Source: a bacterium (lineage in GTDB: Bacteria; Atribacterota; Phoenicimicrobiia; Phoenicimicrobiales; Phoenicimicrobiaceae). Taken from it: a DNA stretch of 27,923 nucleotides. Below are positions 16,126 to 25,303 of the stretch, one piece after another. Location of the stretch: NCBI GenBank assembly GCA_018819665.1, contig JAHJOY010000186.1, positions 1 to 27,923 on the forward strand, written 5' to 3'. The translations under genes and the position numbers were made by a program. Every line of letters begins with the position of its first letter. The stretch's first letter is position 1. A model generated the notes under the pieces. That model worked only from the letters and a program-made list of their open reading frames with translations. It searched no databases and had not been told where the DNA came from.

Positions 16126-16698
16126 ATGAGAATTACACCAATGGATATCGAACAACAAGAATTTTCCAGGTCATTCAGAGGTTACAACGAAGAAGAAGTA
16201 GATGATTTCTTAGATAAGATAGTAAAAGATTACGAAGAATTAATCAATGAAAACGTAAGACTTAATGAAGAAATTGAGAGGATGCAAGAAAAATTAAAAG
16301 AGTTTAGTCAGATTGAAGAAACTCTAAGAAGCGCTTTGTTAAATGCCCAAAAATCAGCTGAAGAGATGAAGGGCAGGGTAGAAAGTGAAGCAAAGATAAT
16401 CATAGAAAAAGCAGAGATGGAAGCTAAGGCATTAAAACAACAGGTCTTTCAGAGAGAAGACCAAGTAAAAAATGAAATTGATAACCTGCGAAGATATAAA
16501 TTTATATTTAAAGAAAAATTTAAATCAATGTTGAATTTATACCTAAAAATGATAGAAAATGAGGAATTTGAGGAAGAAGGAAATTACGAGATTAAAGAGG
16601 ATAAGGTTTCTAAAGAAAAAACGGGTAAATTAGAAGGATTCACCGTAGAAAAAGATTCTAAAATCGAAGAAACAGAAGATGAGCAACGATATCAATGA
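16126..16698 (+). CDS. divIVA: Cell division protein DivIVA
   Basis: ITPMDIEQQEFSRSFRGYNEEEVDDFLD, then coiled coil and acidic tail. Confidence 0.93.
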   Translation: MRITPMDIEQQEFSRSFRGYNEEEVDDFLDKIVKDYEELINENVRLNEEIERMQEKLKEFSQIEETLRSALLNAQKSAEEMKGRVESEAKIIIEKAEMEAKALKQQVFQREDQVKNEIDNLRRYKFIFKEKFKSMLNLYLKMIENEEFEEEGNYEIKEDKVSKEKTGKLEGFTVEKDSKIEETEDEQRYQ

Positions 16699-16987
16699 TT
16701 ATTTTAAAATTACGGGTAATGATATTGTAATCAAAGTTAAAATTGTTCCCGGTTCATCCAAGAATAAAATTCTCGGAGTACATAATGACGCTATAAAGAT
16801 TACCATTACCGCCCCGCCGATCGAAGGCAAAGCCAATAAAAAATGTATTGCCTATTTAGCTAAATATTTCGATGTAGCGAAATCAAAAATTGAAATAATT
16901 TCGGGGCAAACCAGTAAAAATAAACTTATTAAGATTTACGATATCAGCCAAAAAGAATTTTTAGATAAAATAGAAAAAATTAGTTGA
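16679..16987 (+). CDS. yggU: DUF167 (YggU) protein
   Basis: VKIVPGSSK, ITAPPIEGKANK, ISGQTSKNK. Confidence 0.9.
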   Translation: MSNDINDYFKITGNDIVIKVKIVPGSSKNKILGVHNDAIKITITAPPIEGKANKKCIAYLAKYFDVAKSKIEIISGQTSKNKLIKIYDISQKEFLDKIEKIS

Positions 16988-17004
16988 GAACTCAGAATTC
17001 CAGG

Positions 17005-17032
17005 GTAGGGGCACGATGCATCGCGCCCCTAC
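17005..17032. repeat. GTAG-type REP palindrome (family A), single copy
   Basis: GTAGGGGCACGATGCATCGCGCCCCTAC. Confidence 0.85.
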
Positions 17033-17186
17033 CCCTCCTGATTTCTGATTTTCTTCACGCGATACGAAATGATCTGGCCCTGATTTTATTTTCTTTGCTA
17101 TAACTACATACTATATACTATCTTACTCTGGCTCCTGGATTATGTCTTCTATTTTATTCACTATATACTCGATACTGATTAAAAGA

Positions 17187-17216
17187 TTGACATAAACCGA
17201 TTTAATATGCTATTAT
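17187..17216 (+). promoter_or_regulatory. Promoter of ileS leader
   Basis: TTGACA 17187-17192, 18 nt, TG-C-TATTAT 17208-17216. Confidence 0.75.
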
Positions 17217-17249
17217 TACGTAAATTAAAAATAAAATAGTTATTTATTT

Positions 17250-17525
17250 AATTTGAGGAAGAGTAGGTAGATACAATTTAACAGCGAGCAGGGATAGTGG
17301 GAGCCTGTAAATTTTTTCTATCCAAAATCGTCTCAATATTTCTAATCGAAATTGGTTCAAAAGTAGATTAGGGCGGTGAACATCGTTAAAAACTGGAGTA
17401 TATTTATTTATCTATTTAAATATATTTACTCTTTGAGTTCATTATCGTGAGGTAATGATAAAAATTGGGTGGTACCACAAGAACTTTTAACCTCTTGTCC
17501 TTTTATGTGGCAAGAGGTTTTTGTT
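17250..17525 (+). ncRNA. T-box riboswitch, Ile specifier, transcriptional attenuator
   Basis: GAGGAAGAGTAG stem I start, AGCGAG/GTGGGAGC apical motifs, specifier ATC 17327-17329, T-box AATTGGGTGGTACCAC 17463-17478, terminator aacctcttgtcc/ggcaagaggtt plus T-tract 17489-17525. Confidence 0.92.
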
Positions 17526-17562
17526 ATATTATATAGATTATAAAGCACGAGGAGAGATTCAA

Positions 17563-20373
17563 ATGGAATACAAAGATACCTTAAATTTACCGAAAACAAA
17601 ATTTAAAATGAAAGCAAACTTGGCTCAGGAAGAGCCTAAATTGTTAGAATTTTGGGAAGAACAGAAAATATATAAGAAAGTATTGGAAAAAAAGAAAAAC
17701 CTGAAAAAATACATCTTGCACGATGGCCCTCCCTATGCTAATGGCAATATACATATAGGGACCGCTTATAATAAGATATTAAAAGATATAATCCCCAAGT
17801 ATAAATCGATGAAAGGATATGACGCCCGCTATGTTCCCGGATGGGATACCCATGGCTTACCTATAGAGTTTCAGGTTACCAAAGATATGAAAGTTGACTT
17901 AAGCGAGGTAAACCCGGTTGAACTAAGGAAGAAGTGTACAGAGTATGCCAAACATTATATCAACGTGCAAAGAGAAGAGTTTAAGCGGTTAGGGGTAATG
18001 GGAGAATGGAAAAACCCTTATCTAACCCTTAACCCTGCTTATGAAGCAGAACAGATAGAAATATTTAAGAAGATGTTTTCCAAAGGATATATCTACAAAG
18101 GATTAAAACCGGTATACTGGTGTGCTCATTGTGAAACAGCTTTGGCAGCAGCCGAGATAGAATATCACAACAAAGAATCTTCTTCAATATATGTTAAATT
18201 CTTGGTGAAAGATAGTTTGAAAAAAGTATTCCCGGAGAGCAAAGAAGAAAAAAACTATGTACTTATCTGGACTACTACCCCCTGGACTATTCCCGGCAAC
18301 ATGGCTGTTGCTCTTAATCCGGACATTGAATACAGTTTAGTTAAAACAGAAGAGGGGAATCTCTTATTGGCTTCCGCCCTGGTAGAAAAAGTAATGAAAG
18401 AAATTGAAATTGTTGATTATAAGATTATCGGAAAAGCAAAAGGTAAATTATTTGAAGGTTTAAAGTGCAAACATCCTATTTTTGATAGAGACTCGCTAAT
18501 GATATTAGGAGACCATGTTTTATTGGATGAAGGGACCGGTTGTGTACACACTGCACCGGGACACGGACAAGAGGATTATGAGATAGGAGTAAAATATAAA
18601 ATACCTATATTTACTACCCTTGATAACCAGGGAAAATTTAACCAGGAAGGTGGAAAGTTTAAAGGATTAACTTATAAAGAGGGAAATATTGCGGTAATAG
18701 AAGAGTTAAATAAGAATAGAGCTTTATTGAAGGTTGGCAAAATAATGCATTCTTATCCCCACTGCTGGCGCTGCAAAAAACCGGTAGTATTTCGGGCGAC
18801 CGAGCAATGGTTTGTTAACATCGAAGCCTTTCGTGATTTAGCCCTAAAAGAAATAGAAAAGGTTCAATTTGTTCCTGCCTGGGGTAAGGAAAAAATATAC
18901 GGTATGGTGGAGAACAGAACCGACTGGTGCATTTCCCGTCAAAGGGTATGGGGAGTACCCCTCCCGGTTTTCTACTGTAAAGGATGCGGAGAAATTATAG
19001 TAAATGAAGAAACCATAAATTCGGTTAAAAAATTGTTCCTGGAAAAAGGGTCAGATTCCTGGTTTGCCCTGTCCGCCCAAGAAATTTTACCTAAAGATTA
19101 TCAGTGCCCTCACTGCCAGGGTAAAGATTTTGAGAAAGAGAAAGATATAATGGATGTATGGTTTGACTCCGGATGCAGTCATGCGGCAGTGCTCAAGAAG
19201 AGAGAGGAACTCCACTGGCCGGCGGAAATGTATTTAGAAGGAACCGACCAGCATAGAGGTTGGTTCCAAACCTCACTACTGACTTCGGTGGCTGCTTTTG
19301 AAAAGGCACCGTATAAAACTGTTTTGACTCATGGTTTTATTGTTGACGCAGAAGGCAGGAAAATGTCCAAATCCATAGGTAATGTCATTGCTCCACAGGA
19401 GATTATCGAAAAATATGGAGCAGATATATTGAGATTATGGGTGGCCTCTTCTGATTACCGAACAGATATCAGGATCTCTTCTAAGATATTAGATCAATTA
19501 GTGGAAATATACCGAAGGGTTAGAAATACCGCCCGGTTTATCCTGGGAAATTTATCAGACTTTAATCCTGATACAGATGTAGTTTCTTATGATAAACTTA
19601 ACGAATTAGACAGATTAGTCTTGAGTAATTTTCAAAGTTTGGTGAAAAGAGTAAATGAAAACTATGATAAGTTTGAATTTCATTCCCTTTATCATGAAAT
19701 TCATAACTTTTGTGCTGTCGATCTGAGTTCATTTTATCTGGATATAATTAAGGATAGGCTGTATACCGCATTTGCCGATTCCGAAGAGCGCCGGGCAGCT
19801 CAAACAGTATTGTATCAGCTAATAAATGATTTGGTTAAACTGATTGCACCGGTATTAAGTTTTACCGCAGAGGAAATATGGCAGTACTTAAGAGAAATTG
19901 AAAAAGGCGAAGAAAGCGTTTTTCTCGATTCCTGGCCGGAAGTAAATGAAAATTATATGGATAGAAATTTAGAAAAAAAATGGAACAACATCTTAAAAAT
20001 CAGAAAAGATGTTTTAAAAGCCCTGGAAATAAAAAGAGGGAAAGGCTTTATCGGTAATTCTTTAGAGGCGCAGGTAAATATTTATACCGAAGATAGAGAA
20101 GTTTATGATTATTTAATCTCTTTTAAGGAGCAGTTGGAAACCATATTTATCGTTTCTAAAACCGATATAGTTCGCGGAGAAGGAGAAAAAGGACTTTCTT
20201 CTGATGCCTATACGGGCGTTGAATTTCCAGATATTAAAGTACTGATAACCAGGGCGCCAGGCAAGAAGTGTGAAAGGTGCTGGTGTTACAGTGAGACAGT
20301 AGGAGGAGACCAGAAATATCCGACTATTTGTGAAAAATGTGCTAAAGTAATGCATGAACATTTTGAGGAGTAA
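17563..20373 (+). CDS. ileS: Isoleucyl-tRNA synthetase (type 1)
   Basis: LHDGPPYANG, HIGT, PGWDTHGLP, DWCISRQR.WG, KMSKS, C-terminal CERCW...CEKC Zn finger; RBS gaggag supports 17563. Confidence 0.98.
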   Translation: MEYKDTLNLPKTKFKMKANLAQEEPKLLEFWEEQKIYKKVLEKKKNLKKYILHDGPPYANGNIHIGTAYNKILKDIIPKYKSMKGYDARYVPGWDTHGLPIEFQVTKDMKVDLSEVNPVELRKKCTEYAKHYINVQREEFKRLGVMGEWKNPYLTLNPAYEAEQIEIFKKMFSKGYIYKGLKPVYWCAHCETALAAAEIEYHNKESSSIYVKFLVKDSLKKVFPESKEEKNYVLIWTTTPWTIPGNMAVALNPDIEYSLVKTEEGNLLLASALVEKVMKEIEIVDYKIIGKAKGKLFEGLKCKHPIFDRDSLMILGDHVLLDEGTGCVHTAPGHGQEDYEIGVKYKIPIFTTLDNQGKFNQEGGKFKGLTYKEGNIAVIEELNKNRALLKVGKIMHSYPHCWRCKKPVVFRATEQWFVNIEAFRDLALKEIEKVQFVPAWGKEKIYGMVENRTDWCISRQRVWGVPLPVFYCKGCGEIIVNEETINSVKKLFLEKGSDSWFALSAQEILPKDYQCPHCQGKDFEKEKDIMDVWFDSGCSHAAVLKKREELHWPAEMYLEGTDQHRGWFQTSLLTSVAAFEKAPYKTVLTHGFIVDAEGRKMSKSIGNVIAPQEIIEKYGADILRLWVASSDYRTDIRISSKILDQLVEIYRRVRNTARFILGNLSDFNPDTDVVSYDKLNELDRLVLSNFQSLVKRVNENYDKFEFHSLYHEIHNFCAVDLSSFYLDIIKDRLYTAFADSEERRAAQTVLYQLINDLVKLIAPVLSFTAEEIWQYLREIEKGEESVFLDSWPEVNENYMDRNLEKKWNNILKIRKDVLKALEIKRGKGFIGNSLEAQVNIYTEDREVYDYLISFKEQLETIFIVSKTDIVRGEGEKGLSSDAYTGVEFPDIKVLITRAPGKKCERCWCYSETVGGDQKYPTICEKCAKVMHEHFEE

Positions 20374-20383
20374 AAGAAATACC

Positions 20384-20887
20384 ATGGGATTTATAGTTTT
20401 TGCCCTATTTATTATATTGTTTGATCAGGCAAGTAAATTGTACATTCAGCACAACATGCATATAGGAGAGTCTATACCGGTAATTGAAGGGATATTTCAT
20501 ATTACTTATATAGAGAATCCATATACCGCCTTTGGGCTTTTTAAATATCAAACAATATTCTTTGTAATAGCGGCATCAATTTCCGTAATTTTGATTATTT
20601 TAATTTACAAAAAAATAATTTTCAAGAAAGACCCTTTTATGTATATTCCTTTAACGCTTGTTCTAGGCGGTGCAGTAGGCAATCTTATTGATCGGGTGAG
20701 AATTGATGGAAGGGTAATAGATTTTATAGATTTTAGAATCTGGCCGATTTTTAATTTTGCCGATTCAGCGATAGTGTGCGGAATGTTAGTATTATTGATT
20801 CATGTTTTGTTCCGTGCCCCGGAAAGGGAAGAAGAGGAAGAGAATATAAAGAATATTAAAGAATACAGAGAAGAAGAAAAGGAGTAA
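20384..20887 (+). CDS. lspA: Lipoprotein signal peptidase II
   Basis: DQASK, EN..AFG, GGAVGNLIDR, VIDF, FNFAD; start may be 20354 or 20384. Confidence 0.95.
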   Translation: MGFIVFALFIILFDQASKLYIQHNMHIGESIPVIEGIFHITYIENPYTAFGLFKYQTIFFVIAASISVILIILIYKKIIFKKDPFMYIPLTLVLGGAVGNLIDRVRIDGRVIDFIDFRIWPIFNFADSAIVCGMLVLLIHVLFRAPEREEEEENIKNIKEYREEEKE

Positions 20888-20893
20888 ATTTTA

Positions 20894-21703
20894 ATGTATA
20901 GAATTTTATTTATTATTGGTTCATTTCCCATCTATTCTTACGGAGTGATGATTGCTTTAGCTTTTATTGCGGGCATTCTTTTTGCTATGAAAGAAGCAAA
21001 AAGGATTGGAGAAAACCCGGAGAGAATTTTAGATATAAGTTTATATGTTATTTTGGGTGCACTAATAGGAGGAAGATTAGGCTATATAATATTTCATCTT
21101 GACTATTATTTAGAAAATCCTATTAAAATATTATATTTCAGGCAAGGTGGACTGGCTTTTTTAGGGTCTTTTATTTTAGCTTTTATCCTTGGTGCCTGGT
21201 ATGTTTCACGAAATAAGCTTTCATTCTGGAAATATACTGATATTGCTGCTCCGTCGGTAGCTATCGGACTAGGGATTGGAAGGATAGGCTGTTTTTTAAA
21301 TGGCTGTTGCTTTGGCGTAGTATCTGAAAATTACGGCATTAAATTTCCTTCTTTACATATGCCACCGGTATATTTACAGCAATTAAATGATGGATTGATC
21401 GCCTCCGGAAGTTCCTGCACTCTCCCGGTAATTCCTACACAACTTTATTCTTCGCTATATGGTTTTTTGATATTTTTTATACTTCTTTGGATGAAAAAAT
21501 ATAAGAAATATGATGGATTTCTATTCTTAAATTTTTTAATATTATATTCAATTTCCCGCTTTACCATAGAGTTTTTCAGATTTTACGAAAATAATTTTAA
21601 AGTATTTAATTTATTAACCATTACTCAGACTATTTTGCTGGGGGTTGTGTTGGTTTCCCTGGTGTTTATGTATATTTTGATGAAGAAAAGTAAGAAAGCA
21701 TAA
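20894..21703 (+). CDS. lgt: Prolipoprotein diacylglyceryl transferase
   Basis: IYSYG, GGRLGY, GGLAFLG, GRIGCFLNGCCFG, PTQLY, SRF.IEFFR. Confidence 0.95.
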   Translation: MYRILFIIGSFPIYSYGVMIALAFIAGILFAMKEAKRIGENPERILDISLYVILGALIGGRLGYIIFHLDYYLENPIKILYFRQGGLAFLGSFILAFILGAWYVSRNKLSFWKYTDIAAPSVAIGLGIGRIGCFLNGCCFGVVSENYGIKFPSLHMPPVYLQQLNDGLIASGSSCTLPVIPTQLYSSLYGFLIFFILLWMKKYKKYDGFLFLNFLILYSISRFTIEFFRFYENNFKVFNLLTITQTILLGVVLVSLVFMYILMKKSKKA

Positions 21704-21705
21704 CT

Positions 21706-21742
21706 AGCGTGGAGCGTGGAGCGTGGAGCGGATAGCGAATAG
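21706..21742. repeat. Heptamer array (AGCGTGG x3 plus 2 variants)
   Basis: agcgtgg agcgtgg agcgtgg agcggat agcgaat ag, directly after the lgt stop. Confidence 0.88.
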
Positions 21743-21777
21743 AAAAACAGTAACAAGTAATGTGTGATTTGTTATGT

Positions 21778-21854
21778 GTAGGGGCACGATGTATCGTGCC
21801 CATGATAACCAAAAGACCATAAAAAAGGCAGGGCACAATTCATTGTGTCCCTAC
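21778..21854. repeat. REPIN-like doublet (GTAG...CTAC), copy 1
   Basis: GTAGGGGCACGATGTATCGTGCCC - spacer - GGGCACAATTCATTGTGTCCCTAC; near-identical to 25175-25252 including the spacer. Confidence 0.88.
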
Positions 21855-21892
21855 AAAACCATAAATCAAATTCAAACGTAAAGAAAAAAACT

Positions 21893-21915
21893 TGTCAAAG
21901 GACCGTCCCCTGACA
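21893..21915 (+). repeat. 23-bp element TGWCAAAGGACCGTCCCCTGWCA
   Basis: Inverted copy at 24765-24787. Confidence 0.8.
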
Positions 21916-21916
21916 G

Positions 21917-22843
21917 ATGACAGAGAAAGAAAAAAATATTTCATTCACAGGCGAAGAAAAAATCAGAATAGACCTCTATTTAACCCAGAAAGAAATATAC
22001 CCCTCCAGATCCCAGATTCGGAATTTAATCGCCCAGGGTAAAATAAGAGTAAATAACAACCCGGTTAAACCAAGTTATATTTTGAAAAATGGGGATGTGA
22101 TAGATTTAGCTCTGCCCGAAAATAAAGAATTGAAGATTAAGGCAGAAGCCATCCCCTTAGATATAATCTATGAAGATGAATATCTGGTGGTGGTTAATAA
22201 ACCAGCCGATATGATTGTTCACCCTGCAGGGAAAATTCGTTCCGGCACCCTGGTGAATGCCCTGCTTTACCATTGCCAGGATTCCTTATCCGGGATAGGC
22301 GGAGTAATCAGGCCGGGCATTGTACACCGCCTGGATAAAGATACTTCCGGTCTGATGGTAGCAGCAAAAAATGATTTCGCCCATCTTGACCTGTCAAGAC
22401 AGATAAAGGATCATCAGGTAACCAAAAAATATATTGCCTTAGTCCACGGTAACCTGAGAGATGATTCCGGAATTATAGATGCACCGATCGGCCGGAGTCT
22501 AAAGAACGGGAAAAAAATGGCAGTTACCGAAGGAAAAAGCAGGGAAGCAATAACTCAATTCAAGGTGTTAAAAAGATTTTCCGGCTATACCCTGGTCGAA
22601 GCAACTCTTCGTACGGGCAGGACTCATCAGATAAGAGTACATCTGGCTTTTATCGGCTACCCCATCGTTGGTGACCAGCTATACGGCCACAGAAAGCAGG
22701 GATTAAATATCAGCAGGCAGGCTTTGCATTCTCATATTTTAGGTTTTGTGCACCCTTCATCTAAAAAATATATGGAATTTTCTGCCCCTCTACCCAAAGA
22801 CATGCAGGAATTAATTGATTGCCTGGAGGGGGATGAAAAATAG
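21917..22843 (+). CDS. rluD: RluA/RluD-family 23S rRNA pseudouridine synthase with S4 domain
   Basis: S4 RIDLYL, NKPADM, HRLDKDTSG, GRTHQIRVH, GDQLYG. Confidence 0.95.
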   Translation: MTEKEKNISFTGEEKIRIDLYLTQKEIYPSRSQIRNLIAQGKIRVNNNPVKPSYILKNGDVIDLALPENKELKIKAEAIPLDIIYEDEYLVVVNKPADMIVHPAGKIRSGTLVNALLYHCQDSLSGIGGVIRPGIVHRLDKDTSGLMVAAKNDFAHLDLSRQIKDHQVTKKYIALVHGNLRDDSGIIDAPIGRSLKNGKKMAVTEGKSREAITQFKVLKRFSGYTLVEATLRTGRTHQIRVHLAFIGYPIVGDQLYGHRKQGLNISRQALHSHILGFVHPSSKKYMEFSAPLPKDMQELIDCLEGDEK

Positions 22844-22853
22844 AGTATTAGAA

Positions 22854-24686
22854 TTATTTTTGAGAAACCTTCTCCATTCTTCTGATCTCTTCCGAATCTA
22901 TTTTTATCCAAAGACTCTTTTCTTGAGAATAAATAACCATTCCCGGCTTAGCGTTTTTAGGTTTTTTCACGTGTTTTTTAAGAGTATAATCTACCAATAC
23001 TTTATTATCTTTTTTGGCTTTACTAAAATAAGCAGCTAAATTTGCGGCCTGAATCAAGGTGCCAAGCGGAAGAGATTGTTTGCTCCCTTTATTTTTAATG
23101 ATAATATGAGACCCCTGGATGTTTTTTGCATGAAGCCAGGTATCATTGCCGGAAGCCAATTTAAAGGTTAAAAAATCATTTTGTAGGTTATTTTTCCCCA
23201 CATAGATTTCCCAGCCATCTTTAGAGATATATTTAGTAGGCACCAGCCTATTCTTTTCTTTTTTGGGCTTTTTAAGGGGAGCAGTGGTCTTCTTTGCCCA
23301 TCCCAATTTCGTTAAGTTATTATAAGTCTTGAGCAGATTGGGAAGAGAATTGATTTGTTGTTCATATAATCTCTGAAGTTCGGTTAGCTGGTCAAGCTTT
23401 AGCTGATGGCTTTTTAATTGTTCGAAAATTATCTGGAAACTATCTTTTGTTTTCCGGTATTTTTTAAAATATAACCGGGCATTCTCTAAAGGGGTTAATT
23501 TTTCGTTTAGCGGGATGGTTATATTTTCCAGCAGGGGAGAATAATAGTTGATGGCGGTAATTTCCCTGTCTCCTCTTTTAATACTGGAAAGATTCGCTTT
23601 TATCAGTTCACCGCTTATCTTATATTTTTCACAATTTTTCACTTCTTCCAGTTTTTTTTGGCAATCGCTTATCTTATTATTTATTTTCAACATATTTTTT
23701 CTGATTATCTGGTCTAACTTATTTTGCATAGACAGAATTTCCCGTTCTTTTTCCAGCTCGGTAAAAAAGGATTCCAGGCACGAATTCGCTTCATTAAAAG
23801 TTCGCTTATGGTATTTGGGAAACTGTACTGAATCGATTATAGACCAGGCTTTTATCTTTTTAGATAGGGGATCTAAAAAGAGGGCCGGCTGAAAATTATG
23901 ATTTTTAATATTTGTAACAATTCTATTAAAAGAAGTCCATAGCATTTCCAAATCCGCCTTGGACGTCTCAGACACGTTCTTTTCCGGGGATAAATTTGCC
24001 TGAAGAACCACCTCTTTTGCACTTTGAGGGCTTATACCTATAAAACTGTCCTGTATCAGCTTCCGGAGGGTTAAATCTTTATTTTCTGCGGACAGGGAAT
24101 TAAAAATATTAAAGAAGCCTTCACGGTTAATGTTTAGAGGGTTTATTTTATTTTGCGAAGGAGGGGGGATATAGAGCTTTCCGGGCATAATCTCCCGGTA
24201 CCTGTTGATATTGAAATCTATTAGTTTTATGGCGGTTTCTATGGTTTTATCTTCTTTAAGAAGAATCATATTACCGTGTTTGCCCATAAATTCCACTACC
24301 AGTGTTTTATTTTGTAATTTACCGAACTTTTGGTATGGTCTGATAATAAAATGTAAAATACGGTCAAAATTGGGGTGTTCGATATCTAATATTTTCCCTC
24401 CCTTTAGCTGATTTTGCAGAAGAGTTAAAAAAGGAGAACTGATAGTCTTCTGTCTGTTTTCTAATTCGGTAAAGTAAATTTCAGGAAACGAGGGGTCAAG
24501 GGAAATATGGATATAAAAGGTTTCGCTTTTTTTATTTAGGTCATTTGAGGTTAAAGGCTTATCGGGTTTTATTTCAATTATGATTTTATATTTTTTAGTC
24601 TGAATCAGGCTTATTATCTTTCCCTCTTTAAATTTATCCAGAAGTTCTTCTCTCATTGCTGCTAAGGTGATGCTATCCAGGGACAT
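22854..24686 (-). CDS. rqcH: Ribosome quality control protein RqcH (NFACT/FbpA family)
   Basis: Translation matches the minus strand (CAT at 24684-24686, TTA at 22854); EFMGKHGNMIL, TPLENARLYFKKY, VGKNNLQND, WLHAK..QGSH; SD aaggag upstream; 610 aa. Confidence 0.93.
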   Translation of the reverse strand: MSLDSITLAAMREELLDKFKEGKIISLIQTKKYKIIIEIKPDKPLTSNDLNKKSETFYIHISLDPSFPEIYFTELENRQKTISSPFLTLLQNQLKGGKILDIEHPNFDRILHFIIRPYQKFGKLQNKTLVVEFMGKHGNMILLKEDKTIETAIKLIDFNINRYREIMPGKLYIPPPSQNKINPLNINREGFFNIFNSLSAENKDLTLRKLIQDSFIGISPQSAKEVVLQANLSPEKNVSETSKADLEMLWTSFNRIVTNIKNHNFQPALFLDPLSKKIKAWSIIDSVQFPKYHKRTFNEANSCLESFFTELEKEREILSMQNKLDQIIRKNMLKINNKISDCQKKLEEVKNCEKYKISGELIKANLSSIKRGDREITAINYYSPLLENITIPLNEKLTPLENARLYFKKYRKTKDSFQIIFEQLKSHQLKLDQLTELQRLYEQQINSLPNLLKTYNNLTKLGWAKKTTAPLKKPKKEKNRLVPTKYISKDGWEIYVGKNNLQNDFLTFKLASGNDTWLHAKNIQGSHIIIKNKGSKQSLPLGTLIQAANLAAYFSKAKKDNKVLVDYTLKKHVKKPKNAKPGMVIYSQEKSLWIKIDSEEIRRMEKVSQK

Positions 24687-24726
24687 ATTAATCTCCTTGT
24701 TGATATATTTAACTTTAATATAATCT

Positions 24727-24755
24727 ATTATAGAGGTATAATCAAGGGGTGACAG
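24727..24755 (-). promoter_or_regulatory. Candidate promoter of rqcH
   Basis: Minus strand CTGTCA (24755-24750), 17 nt, TATAAT (24732-24727). Confidence 0.55.
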
Positions 24756-24787
24756 GGGAAGGGGTGACAGGGGACGGTCCTTTGTCA
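24745..24787 (-). repeat. 23-bp element (inverted copy) with 15-bp tandem duplication
   Basis: aggggtgacagggga twice (24745-24759, 24760-24774); tgacaggggacggtcctttgtca 24765-24787. Confidence 0.8.
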
Positions 24788-24808
24788 TTTTTCTTGATTA
24801 GCTGAATA

Positions 24809-24919
24809 AGTATCGAGTATCGAGTATATAGTATGTAGAATATAGTGAAGAAAATAGAAGACAGAATTCAGAAGCCAGAAGTCAGAATGAATTCGTATCT
24901 CGTGAATCGTATCTAGTTT
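24809..24919. repeat. Composite heptamer arrays
   Basis: agtatcg agtatcg agtatat agtatgt agaatat; cagaatt cagaagc cagaagt cagaatg; tcgtatc tcgtgaa tcgtatc. Confidence 0.85.
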
Positions 24920-25086
24920 AAAATTAGTTAGTTGGTTAGCTGGCTGAGGAAATAAGAGAGAAAAAAGTAGGGGTGTATTGTATACGCCCTTAATGCTCAA
25001 TATAAAACCGTAGGATAAGAGTTACCCGTTTTTGCGAGTACAAGTTTTACGGGAATGACAAAAGAATAGAATGATTTATCCTATAC

Positions 25087-25119
25087 CTATACGCTAAACG
25101 CTGTACGCTCTACGCTATA
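25087..25119. repeat. Heptamer array (reverse complement of AGCGTAT family)
   Basis: ctatacg ctaaacg ctgtacg ctctacg ctata. Confidence 0.8.
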
Positions 25120-25174
25120 TAGATTTTGAATTATGGCTTTACGCTTTTAGCTTTACACTTTTAGTTCTAATAAT

Positions 25175-25252
25175 GTAGGGGCACGATGCATCGTACCCAC
25201 GATAATCAAAAGACAATAATCCAAGGAAGGGCACAATTCATTGTGCCCCTAC
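25175..25252. repeat. REPIN-like doublet, copy 2
   Basis: GTAGGGGCACGATGCATCGTACCC - spacer - GGGCACAATTCATTGTGCCCCTAC. Confidence 0.88.
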
Positions 25253-25273
25253 ACTTGAATCCTGGTTTCTTAA

Positions 25274-25303
25274 CTCGATACTCAATACTATATACTCGAT
25301 ACT
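25274..25303. repeat. Heptamer array
   Basis: ctcgata ctcaata ctatata ctcgata ct. Confidence 0.85.

Noticed and set aside
21917-22843. rluD as horizontally acquired because some stretches look GC-richer
   Set aside because: GC content not computed; the gene is in its usual position after lspA
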